Translations under genes and position numbers: made by a program
Source: Candidatus Latescibacterota bacterium
GTDB taxonomy: Bacteria; Latescibacterota; UBA2968
Direction: 5' to 3'
NCBI GenBank assembly: GCA_965242535.1
Contig: OZ251458.1
Span: forward strand, 4,627,280 to 4,691,279
Length of the DNA stretch: 64,000 nucleotides
Shown: positions 1 to 9,376 of the stretch, in pieces
How positions within the stretch are numbered: the first letter of the stretch is position 1
How the letters are laid out: each line of letters starts with the position of its first letter
The notes under the pieces: generated by a model
Databases searched by the model: none
What the model was told of the DNA's origin: nothing
The model's input: only the letters and a program-made list of their open reading frames with translations

Positions 1-148
1 TCCCCAATGCTCCCCGAGCGGCCGTTTGCAACTGCCGTTTCCCCATTTCTCCCTCCGTTGGCGCGTCGGCGTCCTGACCCCATCACATCCCCTTGTTCTT
101 TCGCGCTTTGTGTTCTCAATTCCCCTGTTTTGCTTAGGAGGTTTCGCG

Positions 149-3100
149 TTGCATTTGACTCGTTTGCAAGCACTGGGTTTTAAGTCCTTTCCCCAAAAAC
201 TCGATATGCCCTTCCAAAAAGGCATCACCTGCGTCGTGGGGCCAAATGGGTGTGGCAAGTCCAATGTGGTCGACGCGCTGCGCTGGGCACTGGGCGAACA
301 GCGGCCCCGATCCCTGCGGAGTGGCAACATGGGCGATGTCATTTTTTCTGGGACGCGCTCGCGCAAGCCGCTCGGTATGGCCGAGGTCTCGCTCACCTTG
401 GACAATTCTCAAAAAGTTTTGCCCACCGAATTTACAGAAGTGACCCTGACGCGCCGCTTGTTCCGCTCCGGCGAGAGCGATTATTTGATCAACAAAATTC
501 CGTGTCGCCTGAAAGACATCCAAAACCTGCTGATGGACACCGGGCTGGGCACGCAGTCTTCTTATGTGATCGAACAGGGCATGGTGGATGAGATCATCAG
601 CGACAACGCCGAAGAACGCCGCAGGTGCTTCGAGGAGGCCGCGGGCGTGACGCGGTATAAAATCCGCCGCAAGTCCGCATGGAACCGGCTCATCGCCGTG
701 CGCCAAGACCTGCAAAGGATGGAAGACTGGCTCGGGGAAATCCAACGCCAAGTCGCGTCTTTGCAACGCCAAGAGCGCAAGGCCAGGCTGTACAAAGCCC
801 TGTCGGACGAAGTGCGCGACCTCGAGATCAAATTGGCGCGCTTCCAATATTTCGAGTTGGCGGACAAAGCCGTGCCCCTGCGCGAGGAAATGGCTTTTCT
901 CAGAGAAGATGTCGAAATCTCCGAAACCCAAATGACCACCCTCGAGGCCAAGCTCGAGGAAATGCGCGCGGAACTGGCAGATCGAGACCGGGTGCTCGCC
1001 CAAGCCAATGCCGAGATCGCACAGCACGTCGCGCTCGTGCATCGCAAAGACAGAGAAATCGGGGTCGCGCGGGAAGAGGTGCGCGGCATTCGCGCTTTTT
1101 TGGAACGTGCCGAACAGCAACAAATATCCCTGAAAGAGCGGTTGAACAACGCGCAAAAAGACCAGAAAACCGCCGAGGAAGACGGGCGAACCGCCGCGCA
1201 AAAACGCGAAGCCGCGGAATCGAAACTCAAAGCGGACACCGCCCATCTCGAATCGGACACGCGCGACTTGGACGCGCAGCGCGCACGGGTCGATGCACAG
1301 AAATCCCAACTGATGAACCTGTTGCGCCAAAGCAGCGATCGGGGCAAACGCCTCGAGCGCATGCAGGCCGAGCGCGAGGGCATCGCGCAGCGGCAGGGGC
1401 GGTTGACCAAAGACATCGAGCGCGTGGTGGCGCGCCGCGTCGAGGCCGATGAAATCGCCGAGCGAGCCGCCCAGCAGATCGCGGCGATCGAGGGGCAAAT
1501 TGCCCGACGCGCCGAAGAACGCGAGCGACACATCGCGAGCCGCGACCGCTGCATCGCCGAGCGCGATGAACAAATCGAGGAGCGCAATCGCCTGCGCGCC
1601 CGCCTCGAAGCGGATCGCGCGCGCGTGGCCCTGCTTCAAAAATTGCGCGAGGGTTTCGAGGGCTATTCCAAAGGCGTGCGCGCCTTGGCCGTGGATTCGC
1701 CATTTGCCGACCGCATCCAAGGCGTGGTCGCCGACATGGTCGCCGTCGCGCCCGAATACGTCACCGCGATTGAAGCCGCGTTGGGGCGGGCTTTGGAGTG
1801 TTTGATCGTGCGCGATACCCGCGATGCGAACGCGGCGATCGCGTTTCTCCGGCAAGGCGAACACGGCGCCGCGGCGTTTTTGCCCATTGAACGCATCGTC
1901 CAAAATGGCGCGCCATGCGATTTGCCCAACGGAAAGGGCGTCGTGGGGTGGGCGAGCGATTTGTTGGCCCCACAGCGCGATGAACGCGGCGCCGCATCCG
2001 CGCTGTTGCGCCACACCTTGCTCGTTCAAGACGCGCAGACCGCGATCGCGCACGGCGATGCGATGCGCGCCAAAGGCGTCGAGATCGTCACGCTTAGCGG
2101 CGAGGTGTTCGCCGCAGACGGCACGGTTTACGGGGGCGCGGATGCGACTTCGGAATCGGGGCTGATCGGCCGGCAACAACAAATCGACGATCTCCTGTCC
2201 GCCATTGAAGCCGCGCGAACAGAACTCGCAACGCGGGAAACGCAGGTGGCACACGCGAACGAATCGCTAGCGGAACACCTCGCGCAAATCGAGGCGTGTG
2301 ACCGCGCCTTGGCCGATTTGCACAACGGGCGGGCGGGCCTGCAGCGGGATCGGCAAAATGCCGAGACAGAAGCCAAACGCCAAGCGCGCGCCGCAGCCGA
2401 ACTCGACGGCGAAACCGCGCAACTGTCCGAGCGCGAAAGCGAACTCGCGCAACTCATCGCCCGAGCGACCGGCGCCCAAGGCGCGCTCGACGCCAAACGC
2501 CAAGCCCTCGAAGAAGCGGTTCGCCGCGCCGATGCGGACTTGCGCGAAAGGGAAAACCAGCGGCGCGCATTGCAAGATGGCGTGGCCGCCGTGCGCGTGA
2601 CCATCGCTTCCCTGCGCGAGCGCGTGGAGAGCCTAGGCCATGAAGCGGCGCGCCTGTCCCGCGAACAAGGCGCGATCGCCCGAGAGATCGAGCGGTTGCG
2701 CGGCGAGGCCGACGAGAGCAAAAAGCGCGCACGCGCACGCGAGGAGCGCATTCGGGTCGCATCGGGCGAACTCGAGGCGTTGCACGGGCAACAGACGCAA
2801 ATCGAGCAAAAGCGCGATGCCCAAGCGCGCGGGCAACACGAGATCGGGATGGCGACGCGCGCGCTCGAAGAAAAGTTGCGGGAAAAGAATCGCCGCACCG
2901 CGCAACACCGCACGCGCTTGGGCGAACTCGAGGTGGCTATGGCGCGCATGAAAGAGCGCGGCGAGGGGATCATCCAGCGCGTCAAGCGCGATTACGAGGT
3001 CGATATCGCCGAGCAAGGGCGGCTTTCCGATCCGGAATTTGGCGCGGATATGGCGGAGAAAAAGGCGCGGGAACTGCAAGAGCGGTTGCGGCGCATGGGA

Positions 3101-3760
3101 TCCGTGAACTTGGCCGCGCTCGAGGAGTACGAGGTTCAAAAAGAGCGGTTTGAATTTCTCACGCGCCAGCGCGACGATCTCTTGGAGGCCGAGGAAATCG
3201 TCAAGCGCACGATCGCGCGCATCGACCGCACCGCGCGCCAACGCTTTCTCAATACCTTTGGCCGGATTCGGGAGCATTTCCAAAACACGTTTCAGGAATT
3301 TTTTGAAGGCGGCGAAGCGGATCTGACCATGGCGCCGGATGAGGATCCGCTCGAAGCCCCCATCGTGATCACGGCGCGGCCGTGGGGCAAACGCCTCCAG
3401 AGCATCAACCTGCTTTCGGGCGGAGAGCGCGCGCTGACGGCCATCGCCCTGCTCTTTGCCATTTACCTGGTCAAACCCAGTCCCTTTTGCGTTCTCGACG
3501 AGGTGGATGCCCCCCTCGACGACGCCAATATCGCGCGCTTTGTCAAGGTGATTCAAAAATTCTCTGCCCAGTCGCAGTTCATCGTCGTCACCCACAACAA
3601 GGGGACGATGGAATCCGGCGAGACCCTGCACGGCGTGACGATGGAAGAACCCGGGGTGTCGCGCCTCGTTTCGGTCAGGATGTCCCAAGAGGAGGAAGCC
3701 CCCCTCGATGAGGTCGCCGCGCTGACCGAGCCCGTGGCACAACCCGCAGATGACGATTGA
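149..3760 (+). CDS. smc: Chromosome segregation protein SMC
   Basis: Walker A GPNGCGKSNVVDALRW, long E/R/A/L-rich coiled-coil arms and a central hinge. C-terminal signature LSGGERALTAIALLFAI and Walker B FCVLDEVDAPLDD. The ORF opens at 26, but the TTG at 149 is preceded by AGGAGG (136-141) and gives the canonical N-terminus LHLTRLQALGFKSF. Confidence 0.95.
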   Translation: MHLTRLQALGFKSFPQKLDMPFQKGITCVVGPNGCGKSNVVDALRWALGEQRPRSLRSGNMGDVIFSGTRSRKPLGMAEVSLTLDNSQKVLPTEFTEVTLTRRLFRSGESDYLINKIPCRLKDIQNLLMDTGLGTQSSYVIEQGMVDEIISDNAEERRRCFEEAAGVTRYKIRRKSAWNRLIAVRQDLQRMEDWLGEIQRQVASLQRQERKARLYKALSDEVRDLEIKLARFQYFELADKAVPLREEMAFLREDVEISETQMTTLEAKLEEMRAELADRDRVLAQANAEIAQHVALVHRKDREIGVAREEVRGIRAFLERAEQQQISLKERLNNAQKDQKTAEEDGRTAAQKREAAESKLKADTAHLESDTRDLDAQRARVDAQKSQLMNLLRQSSDRGKRLERMQAEREGIAQRQGRLTKDIERVVARRVEADEIAERAAQQIAAIEGQIARRAEERERHIASRDRCIAERDEQIEERNRLRARLEADRARVALLQKLREGFEGYSKGVRALAVDSPFADRIQGVVADMVAVAPEYVTAIEAALGRALECLIVRDTRDANAAIAFLRQGEHGAAAFLPIERIVQNGAPCDLPNGKGVVGWASDLLAPQRDERGAASALLRHTLLVQDAQTAIAHGDAMRAKGVEIVTLSGEVFAADGTVYGGADATSESGLIGRQQQIDDLLSAIEAARTELATRETQVAHANESLAEHLAQIEACDRALADLHNGRAGLQRDRQNAETEAKRQARAAAELDGETAQLSERESELAQLIARATGAQGALDAKRQALEEAVRRADADLRERENQRRALQDGVAAVRVTIASLRERVESLGHEAARLSREQGAIAREIERLRGEADESKKRARAREERIRVASGELEALHGQQTQIEQKRDAQARGQHEIGMATRALEEKLREKNRRTAQHRTRLGELEVAMARMKERGEGIIQRVKRDYEVDIAEQGRLSDPEFGADMAEKKARELQERLRRMGSVNLAALEEYEVQKERFEFLTRQRDDLLEAEEIVKRTIARIDRTARQRFLNTFGRIREHFQNTFQEFFEGGEADLTMAPDEDPLEAPIVITARPWGKRLQSINLLSGGERALTAIALLFAIYLVKPSPFCVLDEVDAPLDDANIARFVKVIQKFSAQSQFIVVTHNKGTMESGETLHGVTMEEPGVSRLVSVRMSQEEEAPLDEVAALTEPVAQPADDD

Positions 3761-3786
3761 CGACAGGTTGAAGCATCGTGGACAAA

Positions 3787-3822
3787 GGGCGACGGCGCGT
3801 ACCGTCGCCCTTTTATTTTTTT
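3787..3822 (+). terminator. Rho-independent terminator after smc
   Basis: GGGCGACGG-cgcgta-CCGTCGCCC stem-loop directly followed by TTTTATTTTTTT. Confidence 0.7.
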
Positions 3823-3905
3823 CGGAAACGCATATATTGTCGGGCGGAGTGGGGTACAATGTGGTTTTGGAGTTTGGCCGGGGACTGACACTTTGGAGAT
3901 TTTCA

Positions 3906-4940
3906 ATGCAAAAGCAATTGCGTGCGAAAGGCCCGTATCCGATGGGATGGCTCGTTCTCATCGTTCTCATTTTGTCTTTCGCGTGTGGCCCACGGCCCGC
4001 CGAAATCAAGCTCGCGACCTACAATATCTATTGGCTCGACGATGGGATTTCCGATGCGCGCAAAGCGCGGTTGCAAACGGTGGTGCGCGAACTCGATGCC
4101 GACATCATCGGCTTTCAGGAAATCCAATCGAAAGCTGCACTCGCGCGCATTTTGCCCGACGATTATGCGATTGGCATGATGGATGATCCCGAGGATTCCC
4201 TAGAACTCGCCATAGCCGTGCGCGCGCCGTTTGAAATTGCGGACCTCAAGATGGTATTCCCCGAAAAAGTACACGACCGCGCATTCCCCAGAAAACGCGA
4301 TTTGCTCCAAGCCTATGTCGAGGGGTATGGCCGCCGTTTGATCGCGCTCGTTCACCACGCCAAAGCCCGGTCGGGGGGGCGCATCGAAACCGATCCGCGC
4401 AGGGAAGAAAGCGCGAGGATGATCGCGCGCTATCTGTCTAGCCGCGTGAAATACGACCACATCGTGTTGCTCGGGGATTTTAATGACAACCCCGATGACC
4501 GCTCGCTCAACATCCTCGAATCCGGCGACCCCAACGCGCCTGCTGGCATTGACGCCGCGCCCGATGCGTTTCTCTACAACACGTCCGAAGCCCTGTTGGA
4601 AAAGGACCATTGCTCTTACGGATACAATTATCTCTACGACAAAATCGAAAGCGATTCGTTTGATCCCGCGGTTCCGGGCGCGCGGGCCGAAAACAATAAG
4701 TGGCGGGGAAAACCCCACGATTTTCTGCGCGATGTCGCGGTCAAAGCGATCCTGTTCGACCAAATCCTCGTTTCCCAAAATCTGCGGGATCGCGTCGTCG
4801 CATCGGGCGTTTTCACCCGCGCCGAAGCCGTTAGAGGCAGCCGATCGCGCATTCGCTTTCACGGCGATAAAATCGTCTATACACAGCGCGGCACATTTGC
4901 TTCGGATCACGTCCCCGTATGGACGATTTTGAAATTCTGA
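3906..4940 (+). CDS. Endonuclease/exonuclease/phosphatase (EEP) family lipoprotein
   Basis: EEP hallmarks LATYNIYWL, GFQEI, LLGDFN and C-terminal SDHVPVW. The ATG at 3906 follows GGAG. The N-terminus has a lipobox-like LSFAC. Confidence 0.8.
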   Translation: MQKQLRAKGPYPMGWLVLIVLILSFACGPRPAEIKLATYNIYWLDDGISDARKARLQTVVRELDADIIGFQEIQSKAALARILPDDYAIGMMDDPEDSLELAIAVRAPFEIADLKMVFPEKVHDRAFPRKRDLLQAYVEGYGRRLIALVHHAKARSGGRIETDPRREESARMIARYLSSRVKYDHIVLLGDFNDNPDDRSLNILESGDPNAPAGIDAAPDAFLYNTSEALLEKDHCSYGYNYLYDKIESDSFDPAVPGARAENNKWRGKPHDFLRDVAVKAILFDQILVSQNLRDRVVASGVFTRAEAVRGSRSRIRFHGDKIVYTQRGTFASDHVPVWTILKF

Positions 4941-4955
4941 TGGCGGATCGCATGC

Positions 4956-5912
4956 ATGCAAAAATTGCTATTTGGTGACCAAGAGGAACCCTTAAAGGCG
5001 GTCAATGTCGCCTCTGTCCCTCATCGAAGTCCATTTCGGTATCCTGGGGGCAAAACGTGGTTTGTTCCGCGGTTGCGAGAGTGGCTTTATGACCGCGCAA
5101 AGCACAACGCAGGCAAACGTCCTCGGCTGATGGTAGAGCCTTTTGCCGGAGGCGGTATCAGTTCTTTAACGGCGATTTTTGAGAACTTAGTTGAAGCATC
5201 GTTGCTGGTCGAGCTTGACGCAGAGGTCGCGGCGGTATGGCAAACCATTATCGACGGTGACGCAGAATGGCTCGCAGAGAGGATACTAAATTTTGAAATG
5301 TCGAAGGACAACGCCCTTGCGGAGATCGAGACAAAAAGGGGATTGACAAAAGAAAAAGCGTTTCAAACCATCGTAAAAAACCGGATGTCTCACGGTGGCA
5401 TTTTGGCGGCGGGAGCCGGACTTTTGAAGCATGGGGAATCGGGCAAAGGCGTTCTGTCGCGCTGGTATCCCACAACGCTTGCCAAGCGTCTGCGAGCCAT
5501 TCATCTGATGCGAGATAAATTGCGTTTTGAGCACGGAGACGCATTTCGCGTATTAGAACGATACAGAGATGATGGGGATATCGTATTTTTTATCGATCCC
5601 CCCTATACCGCTGGCGGCAAGAAAGCGGGGAATCGGCTTTACACGCACTTTGAATTAGACCACAAAGCTCTTTTTTGGGCGTGTCAAAAAATAAAAGGCG
5701 ATTTTGTCATGACCTACGACAATGCGGACGAAGTGCGAGAACTCGCGCAAAAGCACGGGTTCATGGCGAAGCCCATCCCCATGAAAAATACGCACCACGC
5801 GGCGATGACGGAACTCGTCATTGGAAGAGACTTAGGATGGATGAATGGCATCGACCGCGTATTGGAAGCTCGGGCGGCATACAAAGCCGATGCGATTGAA
5901 CGGAAATATTAA
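4956..5912 (+). CDS. D12-class (Dam-like) N6-adenine DNA methyltransferase
   Basis: SPFRYPGGK (Dam N-terminal motif), EPFAGGG (SAM binding) and FFIDPPY (catalytic DPPY). No adjacent endonuclease gene. Confidence 0.85.
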   Translation: MQKLLFGDQEEPLKAVNVASVPHRSPFRYPGGKTWFVPRLREWLYDRAKHNAGKRPRLMVEPFAGGGISSLTAIFENLVEASLLVELDAEVAAVWQTIIDGDAEWLAERILNFEMSKDNALAEIETKRGLTKEKAFQTIVKNRMSHGGILAAGAGLLKHGESGKGVLSRWYPTTLAKRLRAIHLMRDKLRFEHGDAFRVLERYRDDGDIVFFIDPPYTAGGKKAGNRLYTHFELDHKALFWACQKIKGDFVMTYDNADEVRELAQKHGFMAKPIPMKNTHHAAMTELVIGRDLGWMNGIDRVLEARAAYKADAIERKY

Positions 5913-5960
5913 CGACGTGCGCGTCTCGCTTCACAAAGACAATGAAATTGGGATCCATCG

Positions 5961-6971
5961 ATGTCCACTTTCCTCGACACCTTGCAACGCCCCATCCGCG
6001 ACCTTCGCATTTCCGTCACGGACCGATGCAATTTCCGTTGCCCGTATTGCATGCCCGCCGAGATTTTTGGGGAAAAGTACGAATTTCTGCCCAAAGCCGA
6101 TATCCTCACCTTTGAAGAAATCACCCGCCTCGCCAAAATTTTTATCGCGCTCGGCGTGACCAAAATCCGCATCACGGGCGGCGAACCCCTGTTGCGTCGG
6201 GATCTCGAGACCCTCATCGCGGATCTATCGCGCCTCCCCGGCGTTTGCGACCTCACCCTGACCACCAATGGCTATCTCCTCGCCGACAAAGCGCGGGCCC
6301 TCAAAGACGCGGGATTGCACAGGCTCACCGTGAGTTTGGATGCGATAGACGATCAAACCTTTGACCGCATGAGCGGGCGCGCGCATGGTACAGAGCGCGT
6401 GCTCAACGGCATTCGCGCCGCGCAACGAGCGGGCTTTCATCCCATCAAAATTAACGCAGTCGTCCAAAGGGGGATCAACGATCACCTCGTCGTCGATCTC
6501 GCCCGACACTTCCACGATACCGGACACATCTTGCGGTTTATCGAATTTATGGACGTGGGCAATCGCAACAATTGGAACATGGATCGAGTCGTACCCGCCG
6601 CGGAAATCATCGACCGCATTCACGCGGTCTTACCCCTCGAACCGATGGCACCCAACTACATGGGCGAAGTTGCGAACCGCTATCGCTATGTCGATGGCGG
6701 CGGCGAAATCGGCATCATCGCCTCTGTCACACAACCCTTTTGCGGCGATTGTACGCGCGCGCGCCTATCCACCGATGGCAAACTCTACACCTGCTTGTTC
6801 GCCTCAGAGGGAACGGATTTGCGCGATGATCTGCGCGGCGGCGCGTCCGATTCGGCATTGCGCGACGAGATCATCCACACATGGACGCACCGCGGCGACC
6901 GCTACTCCGAAATCCGATTCGATCACACCCCCGAAGCGCGCAAAATTGAGATGTATCAAATTGGGGGGTAA
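5961..6971 (+). CDS. moaA: GTP 3',8-cyclase MoaA (radical SAM)
   Basis: CNFRCPYCMP radical-SAM cluster motif, ITGGEPLLR, C-terminal CGDCTRARLSTDGKLYTCLF second-cluster motif. About 336 aa. Confidence 0.95.
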   Translation: MSTFLDTLQRPIRDLRISVTDRCNFRCPYCMPAEIFGEKYEFLPKADILTFEEITRLAKIFIALGVTKIRITGGEPLLRRDLETLIADLSRLPGVCDLTLTTNGYLLADKARALKDAGLHRLTVSLDAIDDQTFDRMSGRAHGTERVLNGIRAAQRAGFHPIKINAVVQRGINDHLVVDLARHFHDTGHILRFIEFMDVGNRNNWNMDRVVPAAEIIDRIHAVLPLEPMAPNYMGEVANRYRYVDGGGEIGIIASVTQPFCGDCTRARLSTDGKLYTCLFASEGTDLRDDLRGGASDSALRDEIIHTWTHRGDRYSEIRFDHTPEARKIEMYQIGG

Positions 6972-7129
6972 AGGCGGGAAGGCGGGGAGACGAGAGACGG
7001 GAGAGGGAAGTTTAGCCACGAGCGGGGTACAACTGGCAGTAGCCAGTTCAAAGGCACAAAAGGTATAAAAGGCACAAAAGGGACGAGCGGGGTATAACGG
7101 GTGACAGGCCGTTCAAGGGCGAGCGATGT

Positions 7130-7452
7130 ATGTAGGGGTAATGCCCCCGTGCCCGTCCGAATACTGGACAACCACAGGGGGTTGTCCCTACAATGCCATT
7201 TTGGTCGCATAATGAACGATAGAACGACCCGTAGAGACAGGCCCCCGTGCCTGTCCGAATACTGGACAACCACAGGGGGTTGTCCCTACAATGCCATTTT
7301 GGTCGCATAATGAACGATAGAACGACCCGTAGAGACAGGCCCCCGTGCCTGTCCGAATACTGGACAACCACAGGGGGTTGTCCCTACAATGCCATTTTGG
7401 TCGCATAATGAACGATAGAACGACCCGTAGGGACAGGCCCCCGTGCCTGTCC
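7130..7452. repeat. Tandem array A: ~3.3 units of a 98-bp bipartite REP-pair unit
   Basis: Unit starts at 7130 (diverged), 7228, 7326 and 7424 (exact 98-bp spacing). Each unit is GTAG-(A/G)GACAGGC-ccccgt-GCCTGTCC, then gaatact, then GGACAACC-acaggg-GGTTGTCC-CTAC, then a ~45-nt conserved linker. Confidence 0.9.
7361..7390 (+). promoter_or_regulatory. Candidate sigma70-like promoter inside the last full array-A unit, facing the BCCT gene
   Basis: TGGACA (7361-7366), 18-nt spacer, TACAAT (7385-7390). The same motif recurs in every array unit. Purely motif based. Confidence 0.3.
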
Positions 7453-7518
7453 GTGAAGCCAGCGGCGAGACAGCCAGTGGTCGGCGATCAGCAGTCGACC
7501 AACCAGGCATCCCTCAAT

Positions 7519-7545
7519 CGTAGGGACAGGCCCCCGTGCCTGTCC
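7519..7545 (+). repeat. Solo REP-like hairpin
   Basis: CGTAGGGACAGGCccccgtGCCTGTCC, about 74 nt upstream of the BCCT start. Confidence 0.85.
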
Positions 7546-7618
7546 TCGCATCCGCCAGCAACCCGTTCGCAGTACCCCAAAACCCCATCCACTTCATCGA
7601 CAGATCGAAAGGAACGCC

Positions 7619-9250
7619 ATGCGTGATCCAGAAAAACACCTGCACCATGAGAAGTACAAGCGGTTGTTCGGGCTCGAGATTTATTTGACGCCCGTGTTCG
7701 TTTTTTCTAGCCTCGCCATCGTCGCCATCGTCGCCGGTGCCCTCGTCTTTGAGGACGGCGCGACGCGCGTGTTTGGCGATGTTCGCACATGGCTCATGAC
7801 GAATCTCGATTGGCTGTTCATGATCACCGCCAACTTCGTCGTGCTCTTTTGCGCGTTTGTGGCTATCTCGCCACTTGGCAAAGTGCGCCTCGGTGGGGAA
7901 GGTGCAAAGCCCGATTACTCCTACGCGACCTGGATCGCCATGCTCTTTGCCGCAGGCGTGGGGATCGGGCTTTTGTTTTTTGGCGTGCTCGAGCCGGTGA
8001 CCTACTTTCAAAACCCGCCGCTCGGCCTCGAGCAGCTCGATCGGGTCTATGACCCGGAGACGCGCTACACCGTCGAGAATACGCCCGATTTGGATGACGC
8101 CAATGCCCGCGCCGCGAGTGCGTTGGGCATCGCCGCGACGACCTTTCACTGGGGGTTGCACGGGTGGGCCATCTACGGCGTTGTCGGGCTGACCCTCGCG
8201 TTTTTTGCGTACAACAGGGGGTTTCCCCTCACCATTCGCTCGGCGTTCTATTTGCTGTTCGGCGAGCGCGTATGGGGCTGGCCCGGGCACATCATCGACA
8301 CATTTGCCATCTTGGCGGGGCTGTTTGGCCTTGCGACCTCGCTCGGCCTGGGCGTGCAACAAGTGACCTCGGGCCTCAACTACCTGTTCGATGTGCCCCA
8401 TACCCAAGCCACGATGGTGGCGCTGATCGTGGGGATTACGGCTATCGCGCTGCTTTCGGTGCTGTCGGGCCTCGACGTGGGGATCAAGCGTCTCAGCCAA
8501 CTCAACATCATTCTCGCGCTCGCGTTGTTGCTGGCGCTGATCATCCTCGGCCCCACGCCCTACATCCTCCACAGCATGGTCGCCGGATTTGGGGAATACG
8601 TCGCCAAAATCGTACCCCTTAGCAACTGGATCGGGCGGACGGATACGGCATTTCTGCACAACTGGACGATGTTCTACTGGGCGTGGTGGATCGCATGGGC
8701 GCCGTTTGTCGGCACGTTTATCGCCCGCATTTCCAAAGGGCGCACGGTGCGCGAGTTTATCTCCTGCGTGCTCTTGTTCCCAACGCTGTTGTGTTTGGTG
8801 TGGTTTGGTGCGTTTGGCGGCACGTCCATCCACCAATTCCTCACCGAGGGCTACACAGGCGTCACCGAGGCGGTCGAGGCGTCTCGGCCCGCCCTCGTGC
8901 TGTTCAAAATGTTCGATGGCTTGCCGCTATCGGGCCTGTTGTACGGCCTGCCGCTGGCGGGCCTGCTGTCGTGCTTTGGCATGCTTTTGACCATCATCTT
9001 TTTCATCACCTCGTCGGACTCCGGCTCGTTGATCATCGACACCATCGCAGCAGGCGGCCGCACAGACGCCCCCGTGTCGCAACGGGTATTCTGGTGTACG
9101 GCCGAGGGCGCGGTCGCCATTGCCCTCCTCCTCGGCGGCGGCCTGCAGTCCATGCAAGCGGCCACCTTGGCCACGGGCCTCCCATTCGCCTTCGTGATCA
9201 TCGGCATGTGCGCCTGCAGCTACATCGGCCTCCGCAGGGCATCGCGGTAA
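7619..9250 (+). CDS. BCCT family (betaine/carnitine/choline) transporter
   Basis: BCCT signature block WTMFYWAWWIAWAPFVGTFIARISKGRTVREF, about 12 hydrophobic segments, 543 aa. Confidence 0.9.
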   Translation: MRDPEKHLHHEKYKRLFGLEIYLTPVFVFSSLAIVAIVAGALVFEDGATRVFGDVRTWLMTNLDWLFMITANFVVLFCAFVAISPLGKVRLGGEGAKPDYSYATWIAMLFAAGVGIGLLFFGVLEPVTYFQNPPLGLEQLDRVYDPETRYTVENTPDLDDANARAASALGIAATTFHWGLHGWAIYGVVGLTLAFFAYNRGFPLTIRSAFYLLFGERVWGWPGHIIDTFAILAGLFGLATSLGLGVQQVTSGLNYLFDVPHTQATMVALIVGITAIALLSVLSGLDVGIKRLSQLNIILALALLLALIILGPTPYILHSMVAGFGEYVAKIVPLSNWIGRTDTAFLHNWTMFYWAWWIAWAPFVGTFIARISKGRTVREFISCVLLFPTLLCLVWFGAFGGTSIHQFLTEGYTGVTEAVEASRPALVLFKMFDGLPLSGLLYGLPLAGLLSCFGMLLTIIFFITSSDSGSLIIDTIAAGGRTDAPVSQRVFWCTAEGAVAIALLLGGGLQSMQAATLATGLPFAFVIIGMCACSYIGLRRASR

Positions 9251-9376
9251 CGATTCGATACCGGCTCATGGGTTTCGTCCCGTCGATTCGGCGTGAGAAG
9301 CAATCCCATCAGAATGCAGATAAACATGGATGAAAACCAAAATGTAGGAACGTTGCCCTGGACGCCCATCCGAAAA

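Noticed and set aside
26-148. 5' extension of the smc ORF (41 extra codons).
   Set aside because: The extension is hydrophobic or odd sequence unlike any SMC N-terminus. A strong AGGAGG-N7-TTG at 149 gives the canonical start.
134-2254. 706-aa and other long ORFs antisense to or overlapping smc.
   Set aside because: They show the typical antisense open frames of GC-rich coding DNA (R/A/G/P-rich, no motifs). The smc frame carries all SMC motifs.
5913-5960. Possible Moco riboswitch upstream of moaA.
   Set aside because: Only 48 nt separate the Dam-like gene stop from the moaA start. That is too short for the ~130-nt Moco aptamer, and no conserved motif is visible.
7514-8836. 440-aa minus-strand ORF, and 51983-53125 (-) and 47829-49016 (+).
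   Set aside because: These are shadow ORFs opposite the BCCT, amidohydrolase and TPP-enzyme genes respectively.
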